From Myxococcota bacterium (GTDB lineage: Bacteria; Myxococcota_A; Bradymonadia; UBA7976; UBA1532): a DNA stretch of 64,000 bases. Under the pieces are notes generated by a model. It did not search any database, was not told the DNA's origin, and worked only from the letters and a program-made list of their open reading frames with translations. Position numbers and translations under genes: made by a program. Position 1 is the stretch's first letter, and each line of letters starts with the position of its first letter. The stretch covers positions 429 to 64,428 of the forward strand of contig JAKLJY010000036.1 of the NCBI GenBank assembly GCA_023150895.1. Direction: 5' to 3'. This document shows, piece by piece, positions 53,130 through 61,176 of the stretch.

Positions 53130-54761
53130 TCAGAACGGCGCCGGGCGCTCGAACGTGACGCGCTCGCCCGTGCGGGGGTGAACGAAGGCGAGCGACGCGG
53201 CGTGCAGCATCAGACGCCCGCCCGCGCGACCGTACAGACGATCGCCGACGATGGGCGCGTCGAGGCCCTGCGCGTGCGCGGCATGCACGCGCAACTGATG
53301 GGTGCGGCCCGTCTCGGGCCACAGGTGCACCCGACAGGGCGCCCCGGGGTCGGCCTCGAGCCTGGCGAAGCGGGTCCGCGCCGGTCGACCGTGTGTGTGA
53401 TCGACGACCTGCCGGGGCCGGTCGAAGGGATCGAGACGCAGGGGGAGTTCGATTGTGCCCGTCGGCGCACGGGGCGCGCGCTCGAGCACGGCGACGTAGG
53501 TCTTCGTCACTGCGCGTGTCTCGAACAGACGCTGCAACGCGGCATGGGTCTCGGGGTCCTTGGCGGCGAGCAACAGACCCGACGTGTCTTCGTCGAGCCG
53601 GTGAACACACAGCGGACCGCGTGCCTCGGGTCGCAGCGCCGCGAGCCGCGTCGAGACCGAGTCCTGCCGATGCGCGCCGCGCCCCGGTACGGAGAGCAGC
53701 CCGGCGGGTTTGTCCACGACCAGGAGCCAGGCGTCCTCGTACACCACGTCGAGGCCCGGCGGCGTCTCGGTGGCCTGCGTGCGCGGGGGCGCGACGTCGA
53801 GGCCCGTCAGCATGGCGGGCAGCAGCGGCCCGCACTTGCCGCGACACGCGGGGTACCGATGGCCATGCCGGCGCCCGCCGCCGGGCGGAGGCGGACCCCA
53901 GAAGAACTCGGCGAGCACCACCGGGCGGTGCCCATGCGCCTGCGCGAGGGCGAGCAGTTTGGGGGCGGCGCATTCCGCGGCCCCGGTGGGGGGCTCGGCC
54001 GGGGCGTACAGGGCGCGCAGGCCGTAGACGGCCCCCGTGAAGTCCTCGATCCGGTAGAGATCGTGCAGTTGTCGCATCAGGTCGGCGCAGTACGCTTGCC
54101 GGGCGGTCTGCAACGCGACGAGCCCCGCCTCGGCGGCTTCGAGTTCGGCGACGTGCGGCGCCCGCGCGGCATGCTGCGACGCGGCGAGGCGCTTGCGCTC
54201 GGCCTTGTCGCCGGCACTCTCGCGGTCGAGCGCGGCGCGGGCGTCGGCCGTCAGCCCGGGATCGCGCCGGGCCACCGCGCGCAGGGCCCGGCGGTCCTCG
54301 TGCTGCCGCATCAACACCGCCATCACCGCGTGCTGACCGGCCTCGAGTCGCGAGAGGGCCTCGCGGCGGGCCGGCATGCGTGCTGCGAGCCACGCCGCGT
54401 CGATCTCCGCCGTGAGCGCCTTCACCCGCGCCTCGCCGGGGCCTTCGACCGCCGCGCGCGCCGCGAGGTCGAACAGCGGTGGCGCGCATCCCGGCGCCGT
54501 CCAGGCTCCGCCGAGCTGCCCCGAGAATGCGCGCGACCAGAACAGTGATCCGTCCGCGGCGCGGGACACCATGACACCCCACATCTTGCCCTCGGCGCGG
54601 CTCCCTTCGGCCGGCGCGTGACCGCTCGTCATCTCGGCCGAGAGCGCTTCGACGGCGGCGAGCGCCCAGGGATGCGGCGGCCCTTCGTCGAAGGGGCTCG
54701 GCAGCGCGGCGGGCGGCGCGACCCCCGGCGGGGGCGTGAACGGAGTGAAAAGCGAAGACAC
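53130..54761 (-). CDS. RluA-family pseudouridine synthase with an N-terminal extension of about 300 aa
   Basis: C-terminal catalytic domain: LLVVDKPAGLLSVPG, HRLDEDTSGLLLAAK, GRTHQLRVH and LHAASLAF. The N-terminal region contains GKMWGVMV. The GTG start at 54761 is tentative; the 981-aa track ORF runs antisense into the nucleotidase gene. Confidence 0.8.
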   Translation of the reverse strand: MSSLFTPFTPPPGVAPPAALPSPFDEGPPHPWALAAVEALSAEMTSGHAPAEGSRAEGKMWGVMVSRAADGSLFWSRAFSGQLGGAWTAPGCAPPLFDLAARAAVEGPGEARVKALTAEIDAAWLAARMPARREALSRLEAGQHAVMAVLMRQHEDRRALRAVARRDPGLTADARAALDRESAGDKAERKRLAASQHAARAPHVAELEAAEAGLVALQTARQAYCADLMRQLHDLYRIEDFTGAVYGLRALYAPAEPPTGAAECAAPKLLALAQAHGHRPVVLAEFFWGPPPPGGGRRHGHRYPACRGKCGPLLPAMLTGLDVAPPRTQATETPPGLDVVYEDAWLLVVDKPAGLLSVPGRGAHRQDSVSTRLAALRPEARGPLCVHRLDEDTSGLLLAAKDPETHAALQRLFETRAVTKTYVAVLERAPRAPTGTIELPLRLDPFDRPRQVVDHTHGRPARTRFARLEADPGAPCRVHLWPETGRTHQLRVHAAHAQGLDAPIVGDRLYGRAGGRLMLHAASLAFVHPRTGERVTFERPAPF

Positions 54762-54809
54762 CCGCGCATCGTCGGGGGGCGGGGGCCTCGACACAAGTCC
54801 GATGCAGCC

Positions 54810-54825
54810 TGGCACGAAACGTGCT
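54810..54825 (+). promoter_or_regulatory. Candidate sigma-54 (-24/-12) promoter TGGCAC-N5-GTGCT
   Basis: GG and GC are separated by exactly 10 nt. The site matches the TGGCAC-N5-TTGCW consensus with one mismatch. It is intergenic, about 55 nt upstream of the ATG at 54879. Confidence 0.3.
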
Positions 54826-54878
54826 TTGGGCGGCCTGCCTATTCGTAACAACCCTGATTCGGACCCGGCGGTGCCCCC

Positions 54879-56906
54879 ATGCGCAAGTCGACTGACCATC
54901 GCCTCGCCCTTCTCACACTCTGCCTTGCGGCCGCCGGCTGTGCGGACCCCGCCGGGGCCGCCCGAGGGGTCGTCGAAGAACCGGGCGACGGACCGGACGA
55001 CGCGTTCACCGTCCCGGGCGGCGCGAAGGCCGACGTCGCCGGCATCGCCGATGGCTCGTCCGAAGCCTGCGCCGTCCTCAAGTTCGCCAGCGAGGCCACC
55101 CTCGAGCAGCTCGACGTCGATGCGGGCCTCGACGCCCGGGCGGCGCGAAACATCGTCGCGGCCCGCGGGGGCGCGGCCCTGCCCGGCAGCGACGGACATG
55201 TGTACTTCGACGGCCTCGAGGCCCTCGATCGCGTCAAATACGTCGGCCCCAAGGCCTTCAAGCTGCTCTTGGGACATACCCGCACCACTGGCTACTCTTG
55301 CGGCCAGGTGGCGGTTCAGGTGCTGGCCACGAACGACTTCCACGGCAACCTGAAGCCCCCGGCCGGCAGCGGCGGACGCATCGTCACGGGCGCCGATCCG
55401 AACGTCGACCGGGTGGACGCCGGGGGCGTGGAGTTTCTGCACACGCACATGGCCCGCCTCGAGGCGACGAACCCGAACACCGTCGTCGTCGCGGCTGGCG
55501 ACATCATCGGCGCGACGCCGCTGCTCTCGGCTCTGTTTCACGACGAGCCCACCGTCGAGTCGATGAACCTGCTCGGGCTGGACATCGCGGCGGTCGGCAA
55601 CCACGAATTCGACGAGGGGGTCGACGAGCTGCTGCGCATGCAGGCCGGCGGGTGTCACCCCACGGATGGCTGCCAGGACGGCGATGACTTCGCCGGGGCG
55701 GACTGGCAGTACCTCGGTGCGAACGTCATCGAGGACGCGACGGGGGACACGCTGCTGCCCCCCTATGAGATCCGGCGCTTCGGCATGGCCCGGGTGGCGT
55801 TCATCGGCATGACCCTCGAGGGTACGCCGCTGGTGACGAGCCCCACCGGCACCGTCGGGCTGCACTTCCTCGACGAGGCCGACACCGTGAACGCGCTGGT
55901 CCCCGAGTTGAAGGCGCAGGGCGTGGGGGCCATCGTCGTGCTCCTCCACGAGGGCGGCTTCGCCACGGGCCTCTACAACGGCTGCGCGGGCATCTCCGGA
56001 CCGCTCTTCGACATCGCGCGGCGCCTCGACCCCGCGGTCGACGTCGTCGTCGCCGGTCACACCAACGCCGCGCACGTCTGCGACGTCGAGGGCAAACTCG
56101 TGACGAGCGCGGCGAGCGCCGGACGCCTGATCACCGACATCGACCTGACCGTCGACGAGGTCACGGGCGAGGTCGTCGCGAAGACCGCCGAGAACGTCAT
56201 CGTCACCCGGACGGTGGACAAGGCCGCCCCGCAGACGGCCCTCATCGCTCGGTGGGAGGCGTTGGCCGCGCCCTTCGCGAATCGAGTGGTGGGCACCATC
56301 GCCGGCGACCTCGTCAAACTGCAGAACCCCGCGGGCGAGTCACCCCTCGGCGATGTGATCGCCGACGCCCAGCTCTCGTCGACGCGGGCGACGGGCGTGC
56401 GCATTGCCTTCATGAACCCCGGCGGCGTGCGAACCGACCTCCTCGTCAGCCAGAGCAGCGGCGGCGAGGCCCCCGGCGAGCTGACCTACGGCGAGGTCTT
56501 CGCGGTGCAGCCGTTCTCGAACATCGTCGTGACCGTCAGCCTGACCGGCGCGCAGATCGTCGCGGCGCTGGAGCAGCAGTGGGTGGCCGTGCCCGGCGCC
56601 GCCGAGAAGGCCAACGTCCTTCAGGTCTCCGAGGGCTTCACGTACACCTGGGACGCCAAGCGCCCGATCGGCAGCCGCATCCTCGCCGAGACGGTGAAAC
56701 TCGACGGCGTCGTCCTCGACCCGACGGCCACCTATCGCGTCGCCATGAACAACTTCATCGCGGACGGCGGCGATGGCTTCAGTGTGTTCAAGGCGGGCAC
56801 GGATCGCGTCGCGGGTGCCATCGACGTCGACGCATTCTCGACCTACGTCGGCGAGAAGTCGCCCCTCGCGGTGCCCGCAACGACGCGGATCGTCCGGCTC
56901 GACTGA
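54879..56906 (+). CDS. Bifunctional metallophosphatase / 5'-nucleotidase lipoprotein with N-terminal helix-hairpin-helix-like region
   Basis: Lipobox LCLAAAGC. Motifs: TNDFHGNL, AAGDIIGATP, AVGNHEFDEG and LLHEGG. C-terminal 5'-nucleotidase domain (NPGGVRTDL, FIADGGDGF). Confidence 0.85.
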   Translation: MRKSTDHRLALLTLCLAAAGCADPAGAARGVVEEPGDGPDDAFTVPGGAKADVAGIADGSSEACAVLKFASEATLEQLDVDAGLDARAARNIVAARGGAALPGSDGHVYFDGLEALDRVKYVGPKAFKLLLGHTRTTGYSCGQVAVQVLATNDFHGNLKPPAGSGGRIVTGADPNVDRVDAGGVEFLHTHMARLEATNPNTVVVAAGDIIGATPLLSALFHDEPTVESMNLLGLDIAAVGNHEFDEGVDELLRMQAGGCHPTDGCQDGDDFAGADWQYLGANVIEDATGDTLLPPYEIRRFGMARVAFIGMTLEGTPLVTSPTGTVGLHFLDEADTVNALVPELKAQGVGAIVVLLHEGGFATGLYNGCAGISGPLFDIARRLDPAVDVVVAGHTNAAHVCDVEGKLVTSAASAGRLITDIDLTVDEVTGEVVAKTAENVIVTRTVDKAAPQTALIARWEALAAPFANRVVGTIAGDLVKLQNPAGESPLGDVIADAQLSSTRATGVRIAFMNPGGVRTDLLVSQSSGGEAPGELTYGEVFAVQPFSNIVVTVSLTGAQIVAALEQQWVAVPGAAEKANVLQVSEGFTYTWDAKRPIGSRILAETVKLDGVVLDPTATYRVAMNNFIADGGDGFSVFKAGTDRVAGAIDVDAFSTYVGEKSPLAVPATTRIVRLD

Positions 56907-56930
56907 GAGGGTGGGGTCGCGCGCGTCGCG

Positions 56931-58292
56931 TCACGCCCCAAGGCGGTCACTTCGACTGCCGCCGTCGCTTCCGCGGGGCGAGCCGGACACCACCCGGTCC
57001 GCGCCGTACCACGTGTCGTCGGGGCGCGCGACGACGAGTCGCAAGGCATGCAACGTGTCGAGCGCGACGGCAAGCAGACCAGCGTCGGCGCCGTCGACCC
57101 CGTTGGTCTCATCGAGATGGCCCGTGAGGCGGTGGCCGGGCGCACCGGGCCAGCGATCGACCTCCGCCCGCAAGCGCGAGACGGCCCGCGCGACGTCGAG
57201 GGTCCCATCGCGTTTCGGCGCACCGAGGACCTCGCCCGTCGGGAGTACGAACCGCAGGCGTGCCGGTCCGTCGAGCGTCTCATCGACGAAAAGCGCCAGA
57301 TCGCCGCGATGGACCATCTGATGATGCACACTGCAGAGACACGCGAGGTTCGCCGGCCGGTGATCGCCGCCCGCGTGTCGTGGCCGGATGTGGTGCAGGT
57401 CGAGCCACATCCGGTTGCGGCAGTGAGGCACGGCGCATCGATGTCCGTATTGTTCGAACACGCGCCGTCGCATGGCTGGTGGAATGGCATGGGTCAAGCG
57501 GGGCGACGGATCCGGCGCCGTGAGATCGAGCCCTTCGGCGTCGCACTCGGCGCACGCGAGGTCCGTCGCGTCCGCGTGGTGGCGGGCCTGCGGATCACCC
57601 ACGTGTGTCTTTTCGCAGTCCGGACAGCGGTGCAGGGCCACGCGGAAGCGCTCGGCGGTCGGCGTCTGTGCGGAAGAGTTCGTCTTCGCGCCGTCGGCGG
57701 TGTCGGCTTGGTCGGATTCGAGCAGGGCGAGCGTGCGCCGGGCCAGCTCGGCGAGCAGGGTGCCATGATCGACGTTCGTGCCGAACCCGCCGTCGAGGCG
57801 CAGGCGCGCGAACGTCGCGGCGAGCACGTCGGCGTCGGCGGCGCTCATCACCACCGTCACGCGGACCCGCGCGGGGCCGGGCTCGGCGTCCGGATCGGCC
57901 GGAGGCGCGTCCCCTTGCTGCGCGGCCGCGACCTGTCGTTCGAGTGTGCGATTCGACGTTTCCATCGCACGCTGCGTCCAGACGGCGTCCGTCTCGGGCG
58001 TGGCGATGCGGGCGACCTCGCGAGCCTTGGTGTACCCGATTCGCCCGGCGCGGAAGGCGTCTGACAGCGCCGGCAGCGTGCGTATGTGTTTCGCCACGAA
58101 GACGAGGTCGCGCGTTTGCCGGGGGGTCAGGTCGAGTTCGGCCTCCCCGTAGGCGATGACGCTGGTATGCCCGCGCTCGGTGTATCGGCGAGTGCGCTGC
58201 AACTCGAAGAGCAGCGTGGCGAGCGCGTACTCGGCCTGCTGGTGAGCGCCGCGCGCGAGGCGCAGCCGGGCGTGGAGATCGGTGGTCGTCAT
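56931..58292 (-). CDS. HNH endonuclease-domain protein with DUF222-like N-terminal region
   Basis: HNH core: HRCAVPHCRNRMWLDLHHIRPRHAGGDHRPANLACLCSVHHQMVH. Start re-picked at MTTTDLHARL; the upstream part of the track ORF runs through the non-coding 46-bp repeats. Confidence 0.8.
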   Translation of the reverse strand: MTTTDLHARLRLARGAHQQAEYALATLLFELQRTRRYTERGHTSVIAYGEAELDLTPRQTRDLVFVAKHIRTLPALSDAFRAGRIGYTKAREVARIATPETDAVWTQRAMETSNRTLERQVAAAQQGDAPPADPDAEPGPARVRVTVVMSAADADVLAATFARLRLDGGFGTNVDHGTLLAELARRTLALLESDQADTADGAKTNSSAQTPTAERFRVALHRCPDCEKTHVGDPQARHHADATDLACAECDAEGLDLTAPDPSPRLTHAIPPAMRRRVFEQYGHRCAVPHCRNRMWLDLHHIRPRHAGGDHRPANLACLCSVHHQMVHRGDLALFVDETLDGPARLRFVLPTGEVLGAPKRDGTLDVARAVSRLRAEVDRWPGAPGHRLTGHLDETNGVDGADAGLLAVALDTLHALRLVVARPDDTWYGADRVVSGSPRGSDGGSRSDRLGA

Positions 58293-58380
58293 GGGTGGCC
58301 CTCTGGATTTGAGTCTATCGTAGCGCAGCGGACCGCGAGATGCAAACGACAGTGGACGAATGTCTGAAAGGCGCGCTTGC

Positions 58381-58518
58381 CGCCCCGCCGGACGCCCAGG
58401 CACCGGCTCACCGGACGCGCGCTCACCGCCCCACCGGACGCACGGGCACCGGCTCACCGGACGCGCGCTCACCGCCCCGCCGGACGAACGGGCACCGGCT
58501 CACCGGACGCGCGCTCAT
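58381..58518. repeat. Non-coding tandem repeat, 3 x 46 bp
   Basis: Units at 58381-58426, 58427-58472 and 58473-58518 differ at 2-4 positions each. A unit length of 46 is not a multiple of 3. Each unit carries three CACCGG-type hexamers. Confidence 0.9.
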
Positions 58519-58536
58519 CGTGCGATGGGCACGCGA

Positions 58537-59355
58537 TCAGCGTGCGGCGGGACGCTCGGTCGGGGGGGGCGTCGGCACGTCGAGTCCGTGCGCGAGTTCG
58601 AGCGCCTCGGCGTCTCCCGGTCGCAGGCGCAGCGCCGTCGCAACTGCGGCACGGGCGGCGGACACTCGGCCGAGCGCGCGCAACACACGCGCCCGCGCAA
58701 CGTGAAGCTCGGGCAGGGTCGCATCGGCCGCAACGGCCCGATCGAGCAGCGCGAGGGCGTTGGCATCCGCCTGCCCGACGGCGACGGCGCGGCGCGCCCA
58801 CTCCACCGCGACGTATCGACGGGTCGATGCCTCGAGCGCTGCCCAATCGACGCCCGCCCGGCGCCGTGCGTCGCGTTTCAGCACGACGACGGTCTCTCCA
58901 TCGAGCCACTGCTTCGCGAGCCGGGCGCGGGTGACGGACCGCGTGCCCGGCGCGGCGGGGTCGAGTACGGCGAAGCCCTCGGCCGTGTGCCGCGTGATGA
59001 CCCATGCGTGTTTGGGACCCGCCGACCCGGCGGTTCGAACCGCGACCACCGCCGGCACCCCTGCGGCGAGCAGCGCGTCGAGGTCCGCCGCGTCGAGACG
59101 GCCGACGAGCACCTCGAAACCGAGCGGCGCGAGCGCGAGTGAGAGGTCGAGCCACGCGATGCCATCGCGGTGGACCGGCACGGCGCGCAACAGCTCGGTG
59201 AGCGGCACGTCGAGGCCCGCCGGCGCCCCGGCCATGAGCACCGCGGCGGCGGCGCAGTACGGACCGGCCGGCTGCGCGATGTATGGGACGTCCGGCGGGA
59301 CGACGGGCAGCAGCGCGAGGAGCACCGCCAGCGAGGGCGCGAGGGGTGAGGGCAC
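58537..59355 (-). CDS. Papain-like (peptidase C39-like) cysteine peptidase domain plus TPR-like tail
   Basis: N-terminal anchor LAPSLAVLLALLPVV. A candidate nucleophile context YIAQPAGPYCAAAAVLMAG and a His context GPKHAWVITRH. C-terminal helical repeats. The GTG start at 59355 (12 nt after the upstream stop) is tentative. Confidence 0.55.
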   Translation of the reverse strand: MPSPLAPSLAVLLALLPVVPPDVPYIAQPAGPYCAAAAVLMAGAPAGLDVPLTELLRAVPVHRDGIAWLDLSLALAPLGFEVLVGRLDAADLDALLAAGVPAVVAVRTAGSAGPKHAWVITRHTAEGFAVLDPAAPGTRSVTRARLAKQWLDGETVVVLKRDARRRAGVDWAALEASTRRYVAVEWARRAVAVGQADANALALLDRAVAADATLPELHVARARVLRALGRVSAARAAVATALRLRPGDAEALELAHGLDVPTPPPTERPAAR

Positions 59356-59365
59356 GCGGGGGCAG

Positions 59366-60694
59366 TCAGTTCGCGCAGCAGGCGATGGGGTGCTGGGTGT
59401 CGCAGGAGCGGCTGAAGAAGTGGCCGTTCGGACGAATGACGGGGCCGAGCACGTTCTGCGGCCGAGCATCCGCCCAATCGCCGCATGAGTTGCCATCGTC
59501 GCTCGCCCTCGACCGCGACGAGGTCGGGAACCCACAAACCGCAGATCCGCGGCCGTCGCGCACAATTAACGCTCCGTGAGGGAGCACCACCCAAGCCTCC
59601 TCCGCCAGCGGCACGTTGGGGTACGCATCCATGATCTCGCAGTACCCGCACATGTGTGAGTTCGGGTAGTCCGCGGAACACTTCTGATGCGCACCGATCG
59701 GGCCGCCGAGGTCGCCCGTGAATCGGGCGCGAGTGAGACCGAGGAAAGCCGGACTCGCCGCCCCCTGCCCCGCATGCGAGTGCAGATGATCCGCGCTCAT
59801 GCCGGGGCCGCCCGTCAGAGACGCCAACGCCGCGGCGGAGAGCACCTGGTCGTTCTGCGGGCCGAGGCGCAGCGTCGCGGCCTCGAGCGCCGTGCCATCG
59901 GGCAGCCGCACGCTCGCCGGCTGGATGTCGAGGCCTTCGCTGAGGGCCGAGTGATGCGCGTCCGGATCGAACGCATGGGCATCGCAGGCCCAGCCGCCAG
60001 CGGTTCGGACGACGAAGTCCCCGACGGCGCAGTCGAGACCGGCGAGTGCGTCCCCGCCGCCGCCCGCGCCACGGCAATCGAGTGCCGTCAGACGGCCATC
60101 CCCGTCGACGTCCTCCCCCGGATCGGCCACGGCGTCGCCATCGACATCCCAGCAGGCGAGCCCCGGCGGACCCGCGAGCCCGGCCGTCGGCCCGACCCAC
60201 TGCCCGTCGCCGTCGACCACGAGGCGGCCCCCGACGCGCAGTTCGGTGGCATCCACCACACCGCCGGAAAGGCGGCGGGCGCGCTCCGCGAGATCGGCGA
60301 ACCGCGCCCGGAGCGCCGCGCCGACGGGCGTGCGCGGGCGTTGCTCGACGTCGCCGTCGACCTCGATGCCGAGGAAGAGACTCGATCCGGGCGGGAGGTC
60401 TGCCGGCAGGGGCTCGACGAGGCCGAGCAGAACCGCGAAGTCGCCGGCTGCCACGACGACGTCGGGCAGCGTCTCGGTCCAGAGCGGTGCGCCGCCGTCG
60501 GGCGCATCGTAGAGCCGGAACGTCAGCGTCGCCGGGGCCTCGAGGGGTCGCCCGCGGTCGTCGAAGATGCGGCCCTCGTAGACGAGCGGCCACGCCACCT
60601 GCGCGAGAGCCGGCCCCGACCCGGCGCAGGTCAGCGCCACGACGAGCCCCCACCGCGCCGCCGCGCGCCGTCGATTCAAAACGCCTCGGAACAT
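59366..60694 (-). CDS. Secreted multidomain protein (beta-sandwich N-domain, Asp-rich Ca-binding-like loop, Cys-containing C-domain)
   Basis: GGAGGAGG lies upstream of the ATG at 60694. Signal RWGLVVALTCAGSGPALAQ. N-domain TLTFRLYDAPDGGAPLWTE. DVDGDAVADPGEDVDGDGRLT loop. The C-terminus ends ..SCDTQHPIACCAN. Confidence 0.7.
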   Translation of the reverse strand: MFRGVLNRRRAAARWGLVVALTCAGSGPALAQVAWPLVYEGRIFDDRGRPLEAPATLTFRLYDAPDGGAPLWTETLPDVVVAAGDFAVLLGLVEPLPADLPPGSSLFLGIEVDGDVEQRPRTPVGAALRARFADLAERARRLSGGVVDATELRVGGRLVVDGDGQWVGPTAGLAGPPGLACWDVDGDAVADPGEDVDGDGRLTALDCRGAGGGGDALAGLDCAVGDFVVRTAGGWACDAHAFDPDAHHSALSEGLDIQPASVRLPDGTALEAATLRLGPQNDQVLSAAALASLTGGPGMSADHLHSHAGQGAASPAFLGLTRARFTGDLGGPIGAHQKCSADYPNSHMCGYCEIMDAYPNVPLAEEAWVVLPHGALIVRDGRGSAVCGFPTSSRSRASDDGNSCGDWADARPQNVLGPVIRPNGHFFSRSCDTQHPIACCAN

Positions 60695-61176
60695 GACGCC
60701 TCCTCCGGACATGTGAGGGTGAGCCCACCCTCGACCCCGTATCGCTCGCCGAATGAGCGGACCGCAGCCAACGCGGCGCGCCCGATGATGGTGAATTGCT
60801 CGCCCGCGGTCGAACGCGCCCCCGCGACGAGGCGCCCCTCGACTCGGTAGCGCGCCGGCGGGCCGGCGTCGGGCGAGACGACGTCGGCGTCCGCTGGAAT
60901 CAGACCGCCGTCCGGTTTGCCGGGGCGTGCATCGGTTGCGACTGAACCGCCGCCGGTGGACACCGCGTCGGTGGCCGCATCGTGCGTGCGGGCATCCGCC
61001 CGGCCGCCGTCGACCGGTGCGCCTCCCGTGCCCGCCGCATCACTGGCCGCGGCATCGCCGCTCGCACCAGCGTCCGACGGACGGAGACCGCCCGGACGAT
61101 CCGGCGGCAACACGCAGGCATTGCACAGCGCGAGCGCGAGCAGCAGGCCGCAGAGTCTCTCGAACGTCTGGCTCAT
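60676..61176 (-). CDS. Lipoprotein of unknown function
   Basis: The ATG overlaps the upstream stop (ATGA at 61173-61176). Lipobox-type signal LCGLLLALALCNAC. Ala/Asp/Gly-rich linker followed by a small C-terminal domain. Confidence 0.6.
   Translation of the reverse strand: MSQTFERLCGLLLALALCNACVLPPDRPGGLRPSDAGASGDAAASDAAGTGGAPVDGGRADARTHDAATDAVSTGGGSVATDARPGKPDGGLIPADADVVSPDAGPPARYRVEGRLVAGARSTAGEQFTIIGRAALAAVRSFGERYGVEGGLTLTCPEEASCSEAF

Noticed and set aside
54762-56075. The upstream 438 codons of the 981-aa ORF 53130-56075 (minus strand).
   Set aside because: This part runs antisense through the well-supported 5'-nucleotidase gene and translates to motif-free Arg/Gly/Val-rich sequence. 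The RluA-like gene was therefore started at the GTG at 54761.
58381-58518. The 46-bp repeats, considered as a mini-CRISPR array.
   Set aside because: The units are directly adjacent with no unique spacers, only three copies are present, and no cas genes lie in the window.
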